Shown here in pieces: positions 39,270 to 48,921 of a stretch of DNA of 64,000 nucleotides (position 1 is its first letter; each line of letters starts with the position of its first letter). Origin of the DNA: an uncultured Nitrososphaerota archaeon (GTDB taxonomy: Archaea > Korarchaeota > Korarchaeia > Korarchaeales > Korarchaeaceae); NCBI GenBank assembly GCA_964618805.1, contig CAZUBM010000002.1, positions 55,413 through 119,412 on the forward strand. Direction: 5' to 3'. The notes below the pieces were generated by a model, which was given only the letters and a program-made list of their open reading frames with translations, had not been told where the DNA came from and made no database searches. The position numbers and the translations under genes are program-made.

Positions 39270-40222
39270 CTCCTTAATGCAATATGGCAGGAAACAAAGC
39301 GCCCTTTCTCTACTTCAATGATCTCCGGCTCCTTTTCTCTACAAATCTCCCTTGCATAGGGGCATCTCGGATGGAATCTACAACCTTTAGGAGGATTCAA
39401 AAGATTTGGAGGGCTGCCAGGCACTTCAACAAACTCCTTTTCTCCCTTAATACTTGGAAATGTCCTTATCAGGAATTCTGTATACGGGTGTAAGGGATCC
39501 TCATAGATGTACTCTATTTTCCCAGATTCTACAAGTTTTCCGGCATACATTACGCCAACATCACTGCAAAGCTCAGCAACTACTGCAAGATCGTGAGTTA
39601 TTAGCATAGAAGTTAGGTTGAGCTTTTTCCGTAGATCTTTAATGAGTTCCAATATTTGAGCCTGTGTAATCACATCTAGTGCTGTTGTTGGTTCATCAAA
39701 GATTGTAAATTCAGGATTACATGCCAAAGCCATTGCAATCATAATCCGCTGTCTTTGTCCCCCGCTAAGCTCATGAGGATAATAGTTTATTCTTTCCGGT
39801 GAAATTCCTACTAATGATAGCAATTCTCTAACTCTTTCCTTTGCTTCTTCCTTCTCTAGGTTCTCATGCAATAAGATCGCCTCTAATATTTGATCACCTA
39901 CCGTAAAAACAGGATTTAGGGCATTAAGCGATCCCTGAAAGACGATTGAGATTTTTTTCCATCTTATCTCTTTTTTTAAGGCATCTTCTTTCATTGACAG
40001 AAGGTTCATTCCATTATATTGGATTTCGCCTCCAACTATTCTCCCGTTTGGAGGCAGTAATCGGGTAATTGCGAGAGCAACTGTCGTTTTTCCACAACCA
40101 CTCTCTCCTACCAATCCAAAAGATTTTCCTTTGTCTATTCCAAAAGAAATGCCATCAACAGCCTTTACATAGCCCCTTAATGTTGAATAATAGACCTTAA
40201 GGTCTTTTACGTCCAAAAGCAT
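39266..40222 (-). CDS. oppD: Oligopeptide ABC ATP-binding protein
   Basis: GESGCGKTT, FQGSLNALNP, YPHELSGGQRQR, DEPTTALDV, THDL, CRFHPRCP. Confidence 0.92.
   Translation of the reverse strand: MLLDVKDLKVYYSTLRGYVKAVDGISFGIDKGKSFGLVGESGCGKTTVALAITRLLPPNGRIVGGEIQYNGMNLLSMKEDALKKEIRWKKISIVFQGSLNALNPVFTVGDQILEAILLHENLEKEEAKERVRELLSLVGISPERINYYPHELSGGQRQRIMIAMALACNPEFTIFDEPTTALDVITQAQILELIKDLRKKLNLTSMLITHDLAVVAELCSDVGVMYAGKLVESGKIEYIYEDPLHPYTEFLIRTFPSIKGEKEFVEVPGSPPNLLNPPKGCRFHPRCPYAREICREKEPEIIEVEKGRFVSCHIALRR
39319..39382. repeat. 64-bp exact direct repeat, copy 2
   Basis: Identical to 38318-38381. Confidence 0.9.
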
Positions 40223-40228
40223 TTTACA

Positions 40229-41131
40229 TCACATTCTCACTGCTTTTAACCTTGGATTGAAGATCTCATCTAACGCGTTTCCGAGCAAAACGAAGCCTGT
40301 TCCAGTTATCATAATTGCCAGTCCTGGAAATACTATCCACCACCATGCTCCCCTGACTAGGGCTCCTCTTGCCTGCGCATAATAGAGTATTATTCCCCAG
40401 CTAACTACGGTGGGATCTCCCAGCCCTAGAAAGCTGAGGCCTGCCTCAGAGAGGATTCCTCCTACAACAGACATGATTATGTAGATTAGGGCGATTGGAA
40501 ATACGTGGGGGAATATGTGATTAAATATGTTATAGAGAGGATCTGCGCCCAAAGCTCTGGAAGCCTCCACAAATTCCCTTTCCTTAAGTGATAGAACCTG
40601 AGATCTTATTACTCTGGCAGTTCCAGTCCATCCAACTAGTGCTATGACTAGTATTATGTTCCACACACTTGGTTTAGTGTAAGCTACGAGGATTATTAGG
40701 AGCGGGAGGCTGGGAATAATAAGTATAATGTCTGTTATAGAAGACAATACGGAATCGACTATTCCTCCCATATACCCCGCAGTTATCCCAATAAAAGTGC
40801 CAATGATCGTTGAAGAGATGGCAGAGAGGACCCCAACCATGAGTGAAATCCTGCTTCCATATATTATTCTGCTGAAGATGTCTTGCCCCACATCATTGGT
40901 CCCAAAGGGATGCTTAGAACAAGGAGGGAGCCAAGCATCTTTAATATCAAATTTCTTAGGATCATACGGGGCCATATAAGGGGCTAGAATGGCTACTATC
41001 GCTATGGAAACGATTATAATTAGACCAGCAATTCCTTTTTTGTTTGCTTTGAACTCCAATATGAACCTTTCAAACCTTCTTGCGGCGGCTCCCTTTTTTC
41101 TAAACAACATGTTCTTCCACCCGACCATCAC
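40229..41131 (-). CDS. oppC: Oligopeptide ABC permease
   Basis: HPFGT..GQD..SR..YG.RISL, ARVIRSQVLS...EFVEA..ALG, EAGLSFLGLG. Confidence 0.92.
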   Translation of the reverse strand: MMVGWKNMLFRKKGAAARRFERFILEFKANKKGIAGLIIIVSIAIVAILAPYMAPYDPKKFDIKDAWLPPCSKHPFGTNDVGQDIFSRIIYGSRISLMVGVLSAISSTIIGTFIGITAGYMGGIVDSVLSSITDIILIIPSLPLLIILVAYTKPSVWNIILVIALVGWTGTARVIRSQVLSLKEREFVEASRALGADPLYNIFNHIFPHVFPIALIYIIMSVVGGILSEAGLSFLGLGDPTVVSWGIILYYAQARGALVRGAWWWIVFPGLAIMITGTGFVLLGNALDEIFNPRLKAVRM

Positions 41132-42114
41132 TCATATCTTATTCTTGGATCTATGAACCCATAGATCACATCGATTATGAAGAGAGCAATCACTACGCAA
41201 AGTGATGTGATAAAGAAACCGGCCTGCAGCAGAGGATAGTCCCTATTCATAACCGCCTGATAAAGCAGCGTTCCCATGCCAGGCAGTCCAAAAACGGTCT
41301 CAGTTAACACAGCACCACTTACAGCAAACCCTAGATTTATGCCGGTATTTGTTACGATTGGCAAGATTGCATTTCTGAATGCGTGCTTTGCGATTATCTT
41401 CCAGCCTGATACGCCTTTTGCTTTAGCTGTCAGTATATAAGGCTCACCTAAAGTCTCTAGCATGGAACTTCTCATGAGGAGAATTGTGCTAGTCATGTAG
41501 AATACTACGAGAGTAACGAGGGGAAGGAAGTAATGCCAAATTATGTCTTTTATCTTTTCAAAAGGACTTAGATATATTTTTCCTGGAGTGATAGCCCCGC
41601 TTAGGGGAAACAAGTCAAAATGATATGAGAAAACGAGTATGAGAATCATACCAACCCAAAAAGCAGGGAGAGATCTGGAAGCTAACGCAGCTGTTGTAAT
41701 AGCTAGATCTTTTCCTCCACCTTTCCAAGCTGCGTACATTCCAATGAGAACTCCTATAGAGGTGGAAATCGCTATAGTAAGAAAGAGAAGGAATAAAGAC
41801 CATGGTAGATTTCTTTTTATGACACTCGAAACTGGTTCTGGGTAAAAGGTGTATGAGATCCCAAATTCTAAATGTATGAGGTTGAACAAATAATCCTTAA
41901 ATTGCTCCCATAAGGGCTTGTTAAGCCCGTATATCTCTAGCATTTTCTGTCTAAAGCTAGGGGTTAATCTAGGATCTCCCGTAAACCTAGTTATTGGACT
42001 GCCTGGCATTGCTCTTGGCAAGACAAAATTAAGGATAATAAGCACGATGAGAATTAGAAATGCCCTAAATGCTCTTCTAACGAAGTACTTCCCACTGATT
42101 CTCAAGAAAACCAC
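41128..42114 (-). CDS. oppB: Oligopeptide ABC permease
   Basis: PRAMPG, GL.KPL..Q, P.FW, TAKAKG....HAFRNA..P, ETVF..PG.G, RDYP, DPRI. Confidence 0.92.
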   Translation of the reverse strand: MVFLRISGKYFVRRAFRAFLILIVLIILNFVLPRAMPGSPITRFTGDPRLTPSFRQKMLEIYGLNKPLWEQFKDYLFNLIHLEFGISYTFYPEPVSSVIKRNLPWSLFLLFLTIAISTSIGVLIGMYAAWKGGGKDLAITTAALASRSLPAFWVGMILILVFSYHFDLFPLSGAITPGKIYLSPFEKIKDIIWHYFLPLVTLVVFYMTSTILLMRSSMLETLGEPYILTAKAKGVSGWKIIAKHAFRNAILPIVTNTGINLGFAVSGAVLTETVFGLPGMGTLLYQAVMNRDYPLLQAGFFITSLCVVIALFIIDVIYGFIDPRIRYE

Positions 42115-42116
42115 CT

Positions 42117-42137
42117 AAAAAAGGAGGAGAGGGAGGG
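42117..42137 (-). terminator. Putative internal pyrimidine/U-rich terminator after oppA
   Basis: CCCTCCCTCTCCTCCTTTTTT right after the oppA stop. Confidence 0.4.
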
Positions 42138-43868
42138 TTATTTTTTCCTCGTTGCAAGAACTATTCCAGCTATTATAACAATGATCGCAATCACAATTAG
42201 GCCATAGATCCACGTTGGAATTACTTTCTTTACCTCTACTACGGGCTTTGTGACAACCTCTCCTTTAAGATGCAGGTGAGTCCAAGTGTAATAGTTATTA
42301 TATCCGTATCCCATTACAAAGGTCCAGCCTTCGAATTGATCTATCCTATAAGCAAATGTGTCATAGTCATGAACAAGTGTGTAATAAGGTAATCCCTTCG
42401 CTATGAGTTCTTGCATCTTAAAGACTTGTTCTCTCCTCTTTTGAGGGTCAAATGTCCTCGTCCATTCCTCTGTTACTTTCAAAAACTCTTTGGCATACTC
42501 GTCATGCCACCAAATCTCTGAATTCGATCCGTTCTCTATTACGAAAATACCTCGTAAATCAGCTGGAGAATGGACCCTCCATCCACCTATGAAAAGCCAC
42601 CACTTCGTCGGATCTTCTTTTCCGCTAAAGAGCGTTCTCCATTCCATCGTTTCGATGCTTATTTTTATGCCAACCTTTGCTAGATCCTCTTGCATGAGCT
42701 CAGCTGCTCTTACCCTTAGAGGATCTGGACCTATCCAAACCGAGAAATCAAGCTTTGTACCATTAGGAGTCTCTCTGATTCCATCACCGTCTCTATCTAT
42801 GAAGTTAAGCCCATCAAGTATTTCTTTAGCCTTGTCAGGGTTGTAATCATACATATCTTGAATGTCTTTGTTAAGCCAATACTCGAAAACCGTTGGCAGG
42901 AAGCCTGGATTACCTGGCGATGCATAGCCAGAATATGCAACTTCGGCTATTTCCTTGGTATCAATGGCGTATGCCATGGCCTGCCTGAATTTAGTAAGAT
43001 TTGTTGGATATCTTAGGTTATTGAATGCAAGCTGGACTATGTGAGTGCTGTTTCTTACAGATATCTTGATGTTGGGATCTGCGCTTACTCTTGCCACCTC
43101 TGCTGCATCTATTGTGCACAAGTCTATCTCATTTTTGAGTAGAGCGAGAGTTATCGTTCCTCTAGGAACGATCTTTATGAGAATTTCATCTATATATGGT
43201 CTTCCATATGAGTAGTTCTCATAAGCCTTTAACTTAATGTATTGTTTTGGAACTCTCTCAACTAGTTGAAATGGTCCTCCTCCTATTATAGGAGCTGGAT
43301 TCTCAAACTCTTCAGGGTTCTCTATATCTTTCCAGATGTGCTCTGGTATAATATATGGCCAGTCCATCCAAGGATTGTCTATTATGTTTGCGTCTGGTTC
43401 CTTGAAGTAAAACGTAATAGTGTAATTGTCAGGCGTTTCAATCCTCTCTATGTTATCGGTGATTGAGGTAAGAAATCCGTGTTTTGCTGCGTATTCAAAT
43501 GTAAATCTTACATCCTTAGAAGTTATGGGTGTCCCATCGTGCCATGTCGCGTTCTCCACTAAATGAAACGTAATGGACTTACCATCTGGAGAAACTTCCC
43601 AGCTTTTCGCTAGATCCCCATGAGGCAGTCCGTCCGGACCGGTTCTAGTCATACATGGATAAATCATTCTCATAAGATCAAAATCCTGTATTAGGCTCAC
43701 TAAGAACGGATTTGTAGTGGTTACATCCGTTGAATATGCTAACCTTAATGTGCCACCTCTCCTTATCTCCCCTTCTTGCGCCCTTAGAGCTATGTTCGCG
43801 GGAATTAAGAGCGCAAACAAAGTTAAGAATACAATATATTTTAAGATACCACGAAATGCGGCCTGCAT
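42138..43868 (-). CDS. oppA: Oligopeptide ABC substrate-binding protein with C-terminal TM anchor
   Basis: GGTLR, LAKSWEVSPDG..ITFHL...WHDG.PITS.DV.FT, FRQAMAYAID, DRDGDG; C-terminal TM + RKK. Start set at ATG 43868 before the signal peptide (ORF track gives 43937). Confidence 0.9.
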   Translation of the reverse strand: MQAAFRGILKYIVFLTLFALLIPANIALRAQEGEIRRGGTLRLAYSTDVTTTNPFLVSLIQDFDLMRMIYPCMTRTGPDGLPHGDLAKSWEVSPDGKSITFHLVENATWHDGTPITSKDVRFTFEYAAKHGFLTSITDNIERIETPDNYTITFYFKEPDANIIDNPWMDWPYIIPEHIWKDIENPEEFENPAPIIGGGPFQLVERVPKQYIKLKAYENYSYGRPYIDEILIKIVPRGTITLALLKNEIDLCTIDAAEVARVSADPNIKISVRNSTHIVQLAFNNLRYPTNLTKFRQAMAYAIDTKEIAEVAYSGYASPGNPGFLPTVFEYWLNKDIQDMYDYNPDKAKEILDGLNFIDRDGDGIRETPNGTKLDFSVWIGPDPLRVRAAELMQEDLAKVGIKISIETMEWRTLFSGKEDPTKWWLFIGGWRVHSPADLRGIFVIENGSNSEIWWHDEYAKEFLKVTEEWTRTFDPQKRREQVFKMQELIAKGLPYYTLVHDYDTFAYRIDQFEGWTFVMGYGYNNYYTWTHLHLKGEVVTKPVVEVKKVIPTWIYGLIVIAIIVIIAGIVLATRKK

Positions 43869-44287
43869 TAATTGAAAGAACGCCAAAAAGATCTTATAAA
43901 TTTTTGCAAAAGAGAGGTCTAGTACATTAATCTCCATAGCATTATCATAACCAATCTACTTTCTTATTACGAATTTACCACTTTTTCTTAATTAATCAGG
44001 GCACACAAGAGATTTTACCACTAAATCTTACTTAATGGAATCACTCCCTTTATTCCATCTTTTTAAATAGAGGGATGGTATTCAACTATTTGAGAATGCT
44101 TAAAAGAGATAAGCCATGGCGAAGTTAAACTAGGGTGTGTTGAGGTAGTCTTAAAAACATTTTGTAGTCTACGGTTAAACGTATTGCAATCTGTGTTAAA
44201 AATGAAAGTAAATACTATCTTAGCAACAAAGACTGGCAAAAAATGGTTGAGAAAAGGGTTAGGTTTTATTAAAGCAGGCATACCTAT

Positions 44288-45607
44288 TTGTTGACCATTA
44301 TGTTAGGGAGCATAATTAAGGATTACGTTTCTAAGACTGGTACTTCGAAATTCCTTTTTGAAAGGGCAAAGAGGATCATTCCAGGAGGAGAAACCTATCA
44401 AATCAGGCTATTTGAACCCTATCCCTTTTATTCAGCAAGCGCTAAAGGAGCTAAGCTTATAGATGTGGATGGAAACGAGTACATTGACTTTTGGCTTGGC
44501 CATTACTCATTGATTTTAGGTCATGGACATCCTGAAGTGATTAAGGCTGTAAAAGAGCAGTTAGAAAAGACTCAGCACTTTGGGACTCCTCATGAACTTG
44601 AGATAAAGCTAGCTGAGCAGGTAGTTAAAATGGTTCCATCTGTTGAGATGGTTAGGTTCTCAAATACTGGGACGGAGGCCATCATGTACAGCGTTCGCTT
44701 AGCTAGGAGCTATACAAAGAGGGATAAGATAGCTAAGTTTGAAGGGGGATGGCATGGGGGATATGATGCGGTCCATGTAGGAGTAAAACCTCCCCTTGAT
44801 CAGCCCATGTCCTCTGGTCTAACCGAAGGAGTCCTAAAGGATACGGTAGTGCTGCCCTATAATAACTTAGAAACAGCTGAAAAGACGATAAAGAGAGAGA
44901 AGCTGGCATGTGTCATAATCGAACCGATGTTAGGGGCAGGAGGGGGAATCCCGGCCGATAGGGAGTTTCTAAAAGGGCTTAAGGAACTTTGCGAAGATCA
45001 TGGAACTCTCCTCGTTTTTGATGAGGTAATAACTGGATTTAGGATTTCTCCTGGAGGAATGCAGGAATACTACGGGATTCTTCCTGATCTAACGATTATG
45101 GGGAAGATTCTAGGCGGAGGATTTCCCATAGGTGCAATTGGAGGAAAAAAAGAGATAATGGAGCTCATGAATCCTATCGGGAAGGAGAGGAAAGATGTTT
45201 CTTTTCATGGCGGGACTTTTTGCGGGAATCCTGTATCCATGATAGCTGGTCTAACTACTTTAAAGATGTTAGAAGATGGATCTATTCAGAAGGATCTTAA
45301 TTCAAAGGGAGAAAAGATAAGATCCGAACTCCTAGACGTATTTGAGAGTAAAGAAATTGACGTATTTATGGGTGGTCTTGGATCTATAATATCAGTTCAC
45401 TTCACCAAAGAGGAAGTGAGGGATATAAGAGCTGCCTTCAGGGCTGATAGAAAAAGACTCCTGGAGTATCACCTCTATTTGATAAGCAGGGGAATTTTCT
45501 TCCTTCCAGGACACATTGGGGCCCTTTGTATTGCCCATACAGAGGAGCATTTCGATAAGCTCATTAAGTGTGCTGAGGACTATGCCAAACTCATTTCCGG
45601 CAAATAA
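44288..45607 (+). CDS. Class III PLP aminotransferase, glutamate-1-semialdehyde aminomutase-like
   Basis: DVDGNEYID, RFSNTGTEA, FDEVITGFR, GKILGGGFPIG, GTFCGNP; GGWHG instead of GCYHG and no hem genes nearby, so hemL function is not assumed. Confidence 0.85.
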   Translation: MLTIMLGSIIKDYVSKTGTSKFLFERAKRIIPGGETYQIRLFEPYPFYSASAKGAKLIDVDGNEYIDFWLGHYSLILGHGHPEVIKAVKEQLEKTQHFGTPHELEIKLAEQVVKMVPSVEMVRFSNTGTEAIMYSVRLARSYTKRDKIAKFEGGWHGGYDAVHVGVKPPLDQPMSSGLTEGVLKDTVVLPYNNLETAEKTIKREKLACVIIEPMLGAGGGIPADREFLKGLKELCEDHGTLLVFDEVITGFRISPGGMQEYYGILPDLTIMGKILGGGFPIGAIGGKKEIMELMNPIGKERKDVSFHGGTFCGNPVSMIAGLTTLKMLEDGSIQKDLNSKGEKIRSELLDVFESKEIDVFMGGLGSIISVHFTKEEVRDIRAAFRADRKRLLEYHLYLISRGIFFLPGHIGALCIAHTEEHFDKLIKCAEDYAKLISGK

Positions 45608-45652
45608 CAGTGGATTCCAAGAGTTACATGGGTGAATTAAGCATTCTGGCAG

Positions 45653-46108
45653 GTGATATGCATGATAAATCCTGAGTTCTTTGACTTGCAGATTTATTCG
45701 ATATATAAAGCAGTTTCCGAGATCCTTGGCAAAGATGCATGGAAAATCGTTTGGAGATCAGGAGAAATATTGTTAGATGAGCTTTGGGGAGAACTTGAGT
45801 TGGAAAAGGAAGATGTTCTTCTAGCACTAAGGAAGATTGCAGCCTATCTTAAAAGAGCTGGTTACATATCTGACATAAGAATTGAGGTTGAAAAAGAGGG
45901 AGAGATCTTAAGATATGAGATGACAGAGCCCGTCATAGCGAGAGGGGCCAAAAAGCTGATTGAGGAAGGACTAGTTCCTCCACACATATCTACTAGCCTA
46001 ATGTTTGCTTTGCTTAAGAGAAAGGGATTTGTAGCTGAGATGATAGGGAACCCAGAGTTCCTTGAGGATGGAAGAGTGGTAGAAAGATGGCATCTGAAGG
46101 AGATGTAA
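45653..46108 (+). CDS. Hypothetical protein, possibly V4R/H-NOX-like ligand-binding fold
   Basis: 151 aa with GGTGA RBS, 1 nt from the next gene; fold guess from helix/strand pattern only. Confidence 0.6.
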   Translation: MICMINPEFFDLQIYSIYKAVSEILGKDAWKIVWRSGEILLDELWGELELEKEDVLLALRKIAAYLKRAGYISDIRIEVEKEGEILRYEMTEPVIARGAKKLIEEGLVPPHISTSLMFALLKRKGFVAEMIGNPEFLEDGRVVERWHLKEM

Positions 46109-46109
46109 C

Positions 46110-47357
46110 ATGAAAAGCCTTTTTACACATTTGGAGTGTCTTAGTTGCGGTAGAAGATATCCTAAAGGTGAATATTACCTCTGTCCAAGATGTAATGGCT
46201 TTTTGGATCCTAAGTATGATTATGATGCCATTGCAGAAGAGTTTGACCCGGAAAAGTTGCCATTCAGACCCCACAACATCTGGAAGTGGAAAGAGTTCCT
46301 TCCTATTGAGAAGGAAGAGAACATAGTTACGCTCGGAGAGGGAGACACCCCTCTGCTAAGGTGCAAAAGGATAAATGAGGAAATTGGCGTAAGAAACCTG
46401 TATCTAAAGGATGAAACGGTAAATCCAACGGGATCCCTTAAGGACAGATCTACTTCAGTGAACGCGAGTATTGCAAAAGAATTAAACGTAAATACCGTTG
46501 CAATAATATCAACAGGCAATGCTGGAGCCTCTTTGGCCGCTTATGCTGCCAGAGGTGGCCTCAAATCAATAATAATGGTCCCAGAAACCACTCCAGAGGA
46601 AAAAATTGCACAGACCCTTGCTTATGGGGCCATTGTTATTAAAGTAAGAGCAAAATCCATGAACGACTTTTATTGGCTATATAGAGAAGCATGCTCGAAG
46701 TTCGGCTGGATGGACTCGGTTGGAGGGGTTAATCCTTATCGAAACGAGGGAAAGAAAACTTACGCTTATGAAATCAGCTTATCTTTCGATTGGAATCCAC
46801 CTGAGTGGATTATTATGCCTATGGCTGGAGGAAATGCGATAATAGCTGCTTGGAAGGGGTTTAAAGAACTTTTTTCATTAGGATTAATATCTAAAATGCC
46901 TAAAATAGTTGGAGTTCAGCCAAGGGAATGCGCTCCGATAGTAAAAGCCTTTAGAGATGGTAAAGAGATAGCAGAGCCTATATCTCCTGGTCAAACAATG
47001 GTTTCGAGTTTAGTAGTTCCAAATCCAGGACCTAAGAGCGCTCTTGTCCTTAAAGCTATAAGAGAATCAAAAGGAACATGCGATGATCCAACTGACGAAG
47101 AAGTCTTAGAAGCAATGAGATTATTGGCAAGGGAAGGCATATTTTCGGAGCCCGGGGGAGCAATAAGCCTAGCTGCAGCAAAGAGATTGGTGGAACAGGG
47201 CTTAATAGATCCTTCAGATAAGGTAGTATGTCTTATCACTGGAAGCGGCTTTAAGGACATGAAATCTTTTGAGAAGATATTGAGCAAGCCCTTTCTGTCA
47301 GATCCTACTTTAGAGGCTCTTGAGAGAGTTTTAAAAGAAAATTTACTCCATGTCTAG
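46110..47357 (+). CDS. thrC: Threonine synthase-like PLP enzyme (fold type II)
   Basis: CxxC..CxxC zinc ribbon, TLGEGDTPL, NPTGSLKDR, STGNAGAS, NPYR.EGKKT, EGIF.EP, TGSGFK. Confidence 0.8.
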   Translation: MKSLFTHLECLSCGRRYPKGEYYLCPRCNGFLDPKYDYDAIAEEFDPEKLPFRPHNIWKWKEFLPIEKEENIVTLGEGDTPLLRCKRINEEIGVRNLYLKDETVNPTGSLKDRSTSVNASIAKELNVNTVAIISTGNAGASLAAYAARGGLKSIIMVPETTPEEKIAQTLAYGAIVIKVRAKSMNDFYWLYREACSKFGWMDSVGGVNPYRNEGKKTYAYEISLSFDWNPPEWIIMPMAGGNAIIAAWKGFKELFSLGLISKMPKIVGVQPRECAPIVKAFRDGKEIAEPISPGQTMVSSLVVPNPGPKSALVLKAIRESKGTCDDPTDEEVLEAMRLLAREGIFSEPGGAISLAAAKRLVEQGLIDPSDKVVCLITGSGFKDMKSFEKILSKPFLSDPTLEALERVLKENLLHV

Positions 47358-47452
47358 AGACATTGCTTTTCTCTTTGGAACAAAGTAGCTTCTACAATCA
47401 TCAAGAGGGATCTGCAGTAAAATGTTAGAAGGTTATACCGAGATCCGCGTTA

Positions 47453-48817
47453 ATGCGTGCCCATCCTTATATTACTAAGAGACTTGTAGCAATGATTAGT
47501 AGGATGGGAGAAGAAGGATTCTGTAAAAGAGCTAATCTCAAAGTAAATAAACTTGGGCACCTTTGCATGAGGGATCACGACTTAGTGAACCTTGCTGATC
47601 GTTTTGGAACTCCCTTATACGTGGTTGATGCTCAAAGGATAAGAGAAAACTTTAGGAGGTTTAGAAATGCCCTTGCTCAATATCCTAAAGTTCTCATAGC
47701 TTATGCATATAAAGCAAACCCTAATCTAGCTGTATGCTCCATTCTCAGGAAGGAGGGAGCAGGGGCAGAAGTAGTTTCTGGCGGGGAGCTTTACATAGCT
47801 CTGAAGGTGGGGGTGAATCCTGAGGATATTGTGTTCGATGGAGTGAGCAAGGAAGAAGCTGAGTTAGAGGTGGCAATAGAGAATGAAATTGGAGCGATAA
47901 ATGTGGAATCCCTGGAAGAACTTAGAAAAATTGAGGAAATAGCATCTGAAATGGGTAAAAAGGCGAATATTGGTGTGAGATTAAATCCAGATGTTCCAGT
48001 AAAGGCCCATCCTCATGACGTGACAGGGATCAAATCCTCAAAATTCGGACTAGATTTTGAAAAGGCACTTAAAGCATACGAGATAGCTAGGAGAATGAAT
48101 CATATCGATATAAGAGGGATCCACATGCACATAGGTTCACAAATAACCGAAATAAGCTCGTTTAAAGATGCAGCTCTAAGACTTTTCGATTTCATATCGA
48201 AACTAAAAGAGATGAAAATTGCTTTAGATTACATAGACTTCGGAGGCGGACTTGGCGTATCTTACAGTGACCCCAGAGAGGATTACCTTAAGGAGTATGC
48301 AAGCGTTTTGCTTAATATAGTTAAGGTAAAGATAAAGGAACTTGATCTTGGCGAGCCAAGACTTGTATTTGAGCCAGGAAGGTATTTAGTAGCTGATTCT
48401 TCAGTCCTCCTCACCAAAGTTAACTATACAAAGGAGATTTTTGGAAAGAGATGGGTCCTTGTCGATGCAGGGATGAATGATTTCATGAGGCCGGCTTTTT
48501 ATGGAGCTTATCATGAGATAATACCTGTAAATAAAGCCTCTAGACCTAAGAGTAAGAAATATAATGTAGGAGGACCGATATGCGAGAGTTCTGATGTCTT
48601 CAGATATGGCGTTGAGTTGCCAGAGATTAGACAAGGCGATCTTCTAGCTATTCTGGACGTTGGTGCATACGGCATATCCATGTCAAATCAGTACAACGCG
48701 AGACCAAGGCCTGCTATGGTTCTAATAGATGGATCAAGAGTAGCCATAATAAGAGAACGTGAATCGTATGTAGATCTGATCTCTAAAGACAGGGTTCCTG
48801 AGTGGATAGACTCTTAA
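47453..48817 (+). CDS. lysA: Diaminopimelate decarboxylase
   Basis: FGTPLYV, YAYKAN, VSGGE, SKFG, HMHIGSQ, DFGGG, EPGR, GPICESSD, GAYG..MS.QYN; true start probably 47492 or 47504. Confidence 0.92.
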   Translation: MRAHPYITKRLVAMISRMGEEGFCKRANLKVNKLGHLCMRDHDLVNLADRFGTPLYVVDAQRIRENFRRFRNALAQYPKVLIAYAYKANPNLAVCSILRKEGAGAEVVSGGELYIALKVGVNPEDIVFDGVSKEEAELEVAIENEIGAINVESLEELRKIEEIASEMGKKANIGVRLNPDVPVKAHPHDVTGIKSSKFGLDFEKALKAYEIARRMNHIDIRGIHMHIGSQITEISSFKDAALRLFDFISKLKEMKIALDYIDFGGGLGVSYSDPREDYLKEYASVLLNIVKVKIKELDLGEPRLVFEPGRYLVADSSVLLTKVNYTKEIFGKRWVLVDAGMNDFMRPAFYGAYHEIIPVNKASRPKSKKYNVGGPICESSDVFRYGVELPEIRQGDLLAILDVGAYGISMSNQYNARPRPAMVLIDGSRVAIIRERESYVDLISKDRVPEWIDS

Positions 48818-48921
48818 GAGAGGAATGGATATAGCTAGGAGGTATATGGCTTGAAATTTAAGTTGGATAACTGAAATCAATAACAGAACACTAACCTACA
48901 GACCTCATAAGTTAAACAAAT

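Noticed and set aside
38318-39382. 64-bp repeat as a DGR template/variable pair or mobile-element end
   Set aside because: Copies are identical with no adenine-specific changes, both lie in paralogous coding motifs, and no reverse transcriptase or transposase is present.
44063-44281. 72-aa ORF and the many antisense or overlapping short ORFs in the ORF track
   Set aside because: No motifs or RBS; nearly all are shadows of well-supported genes on the other strand or frame.
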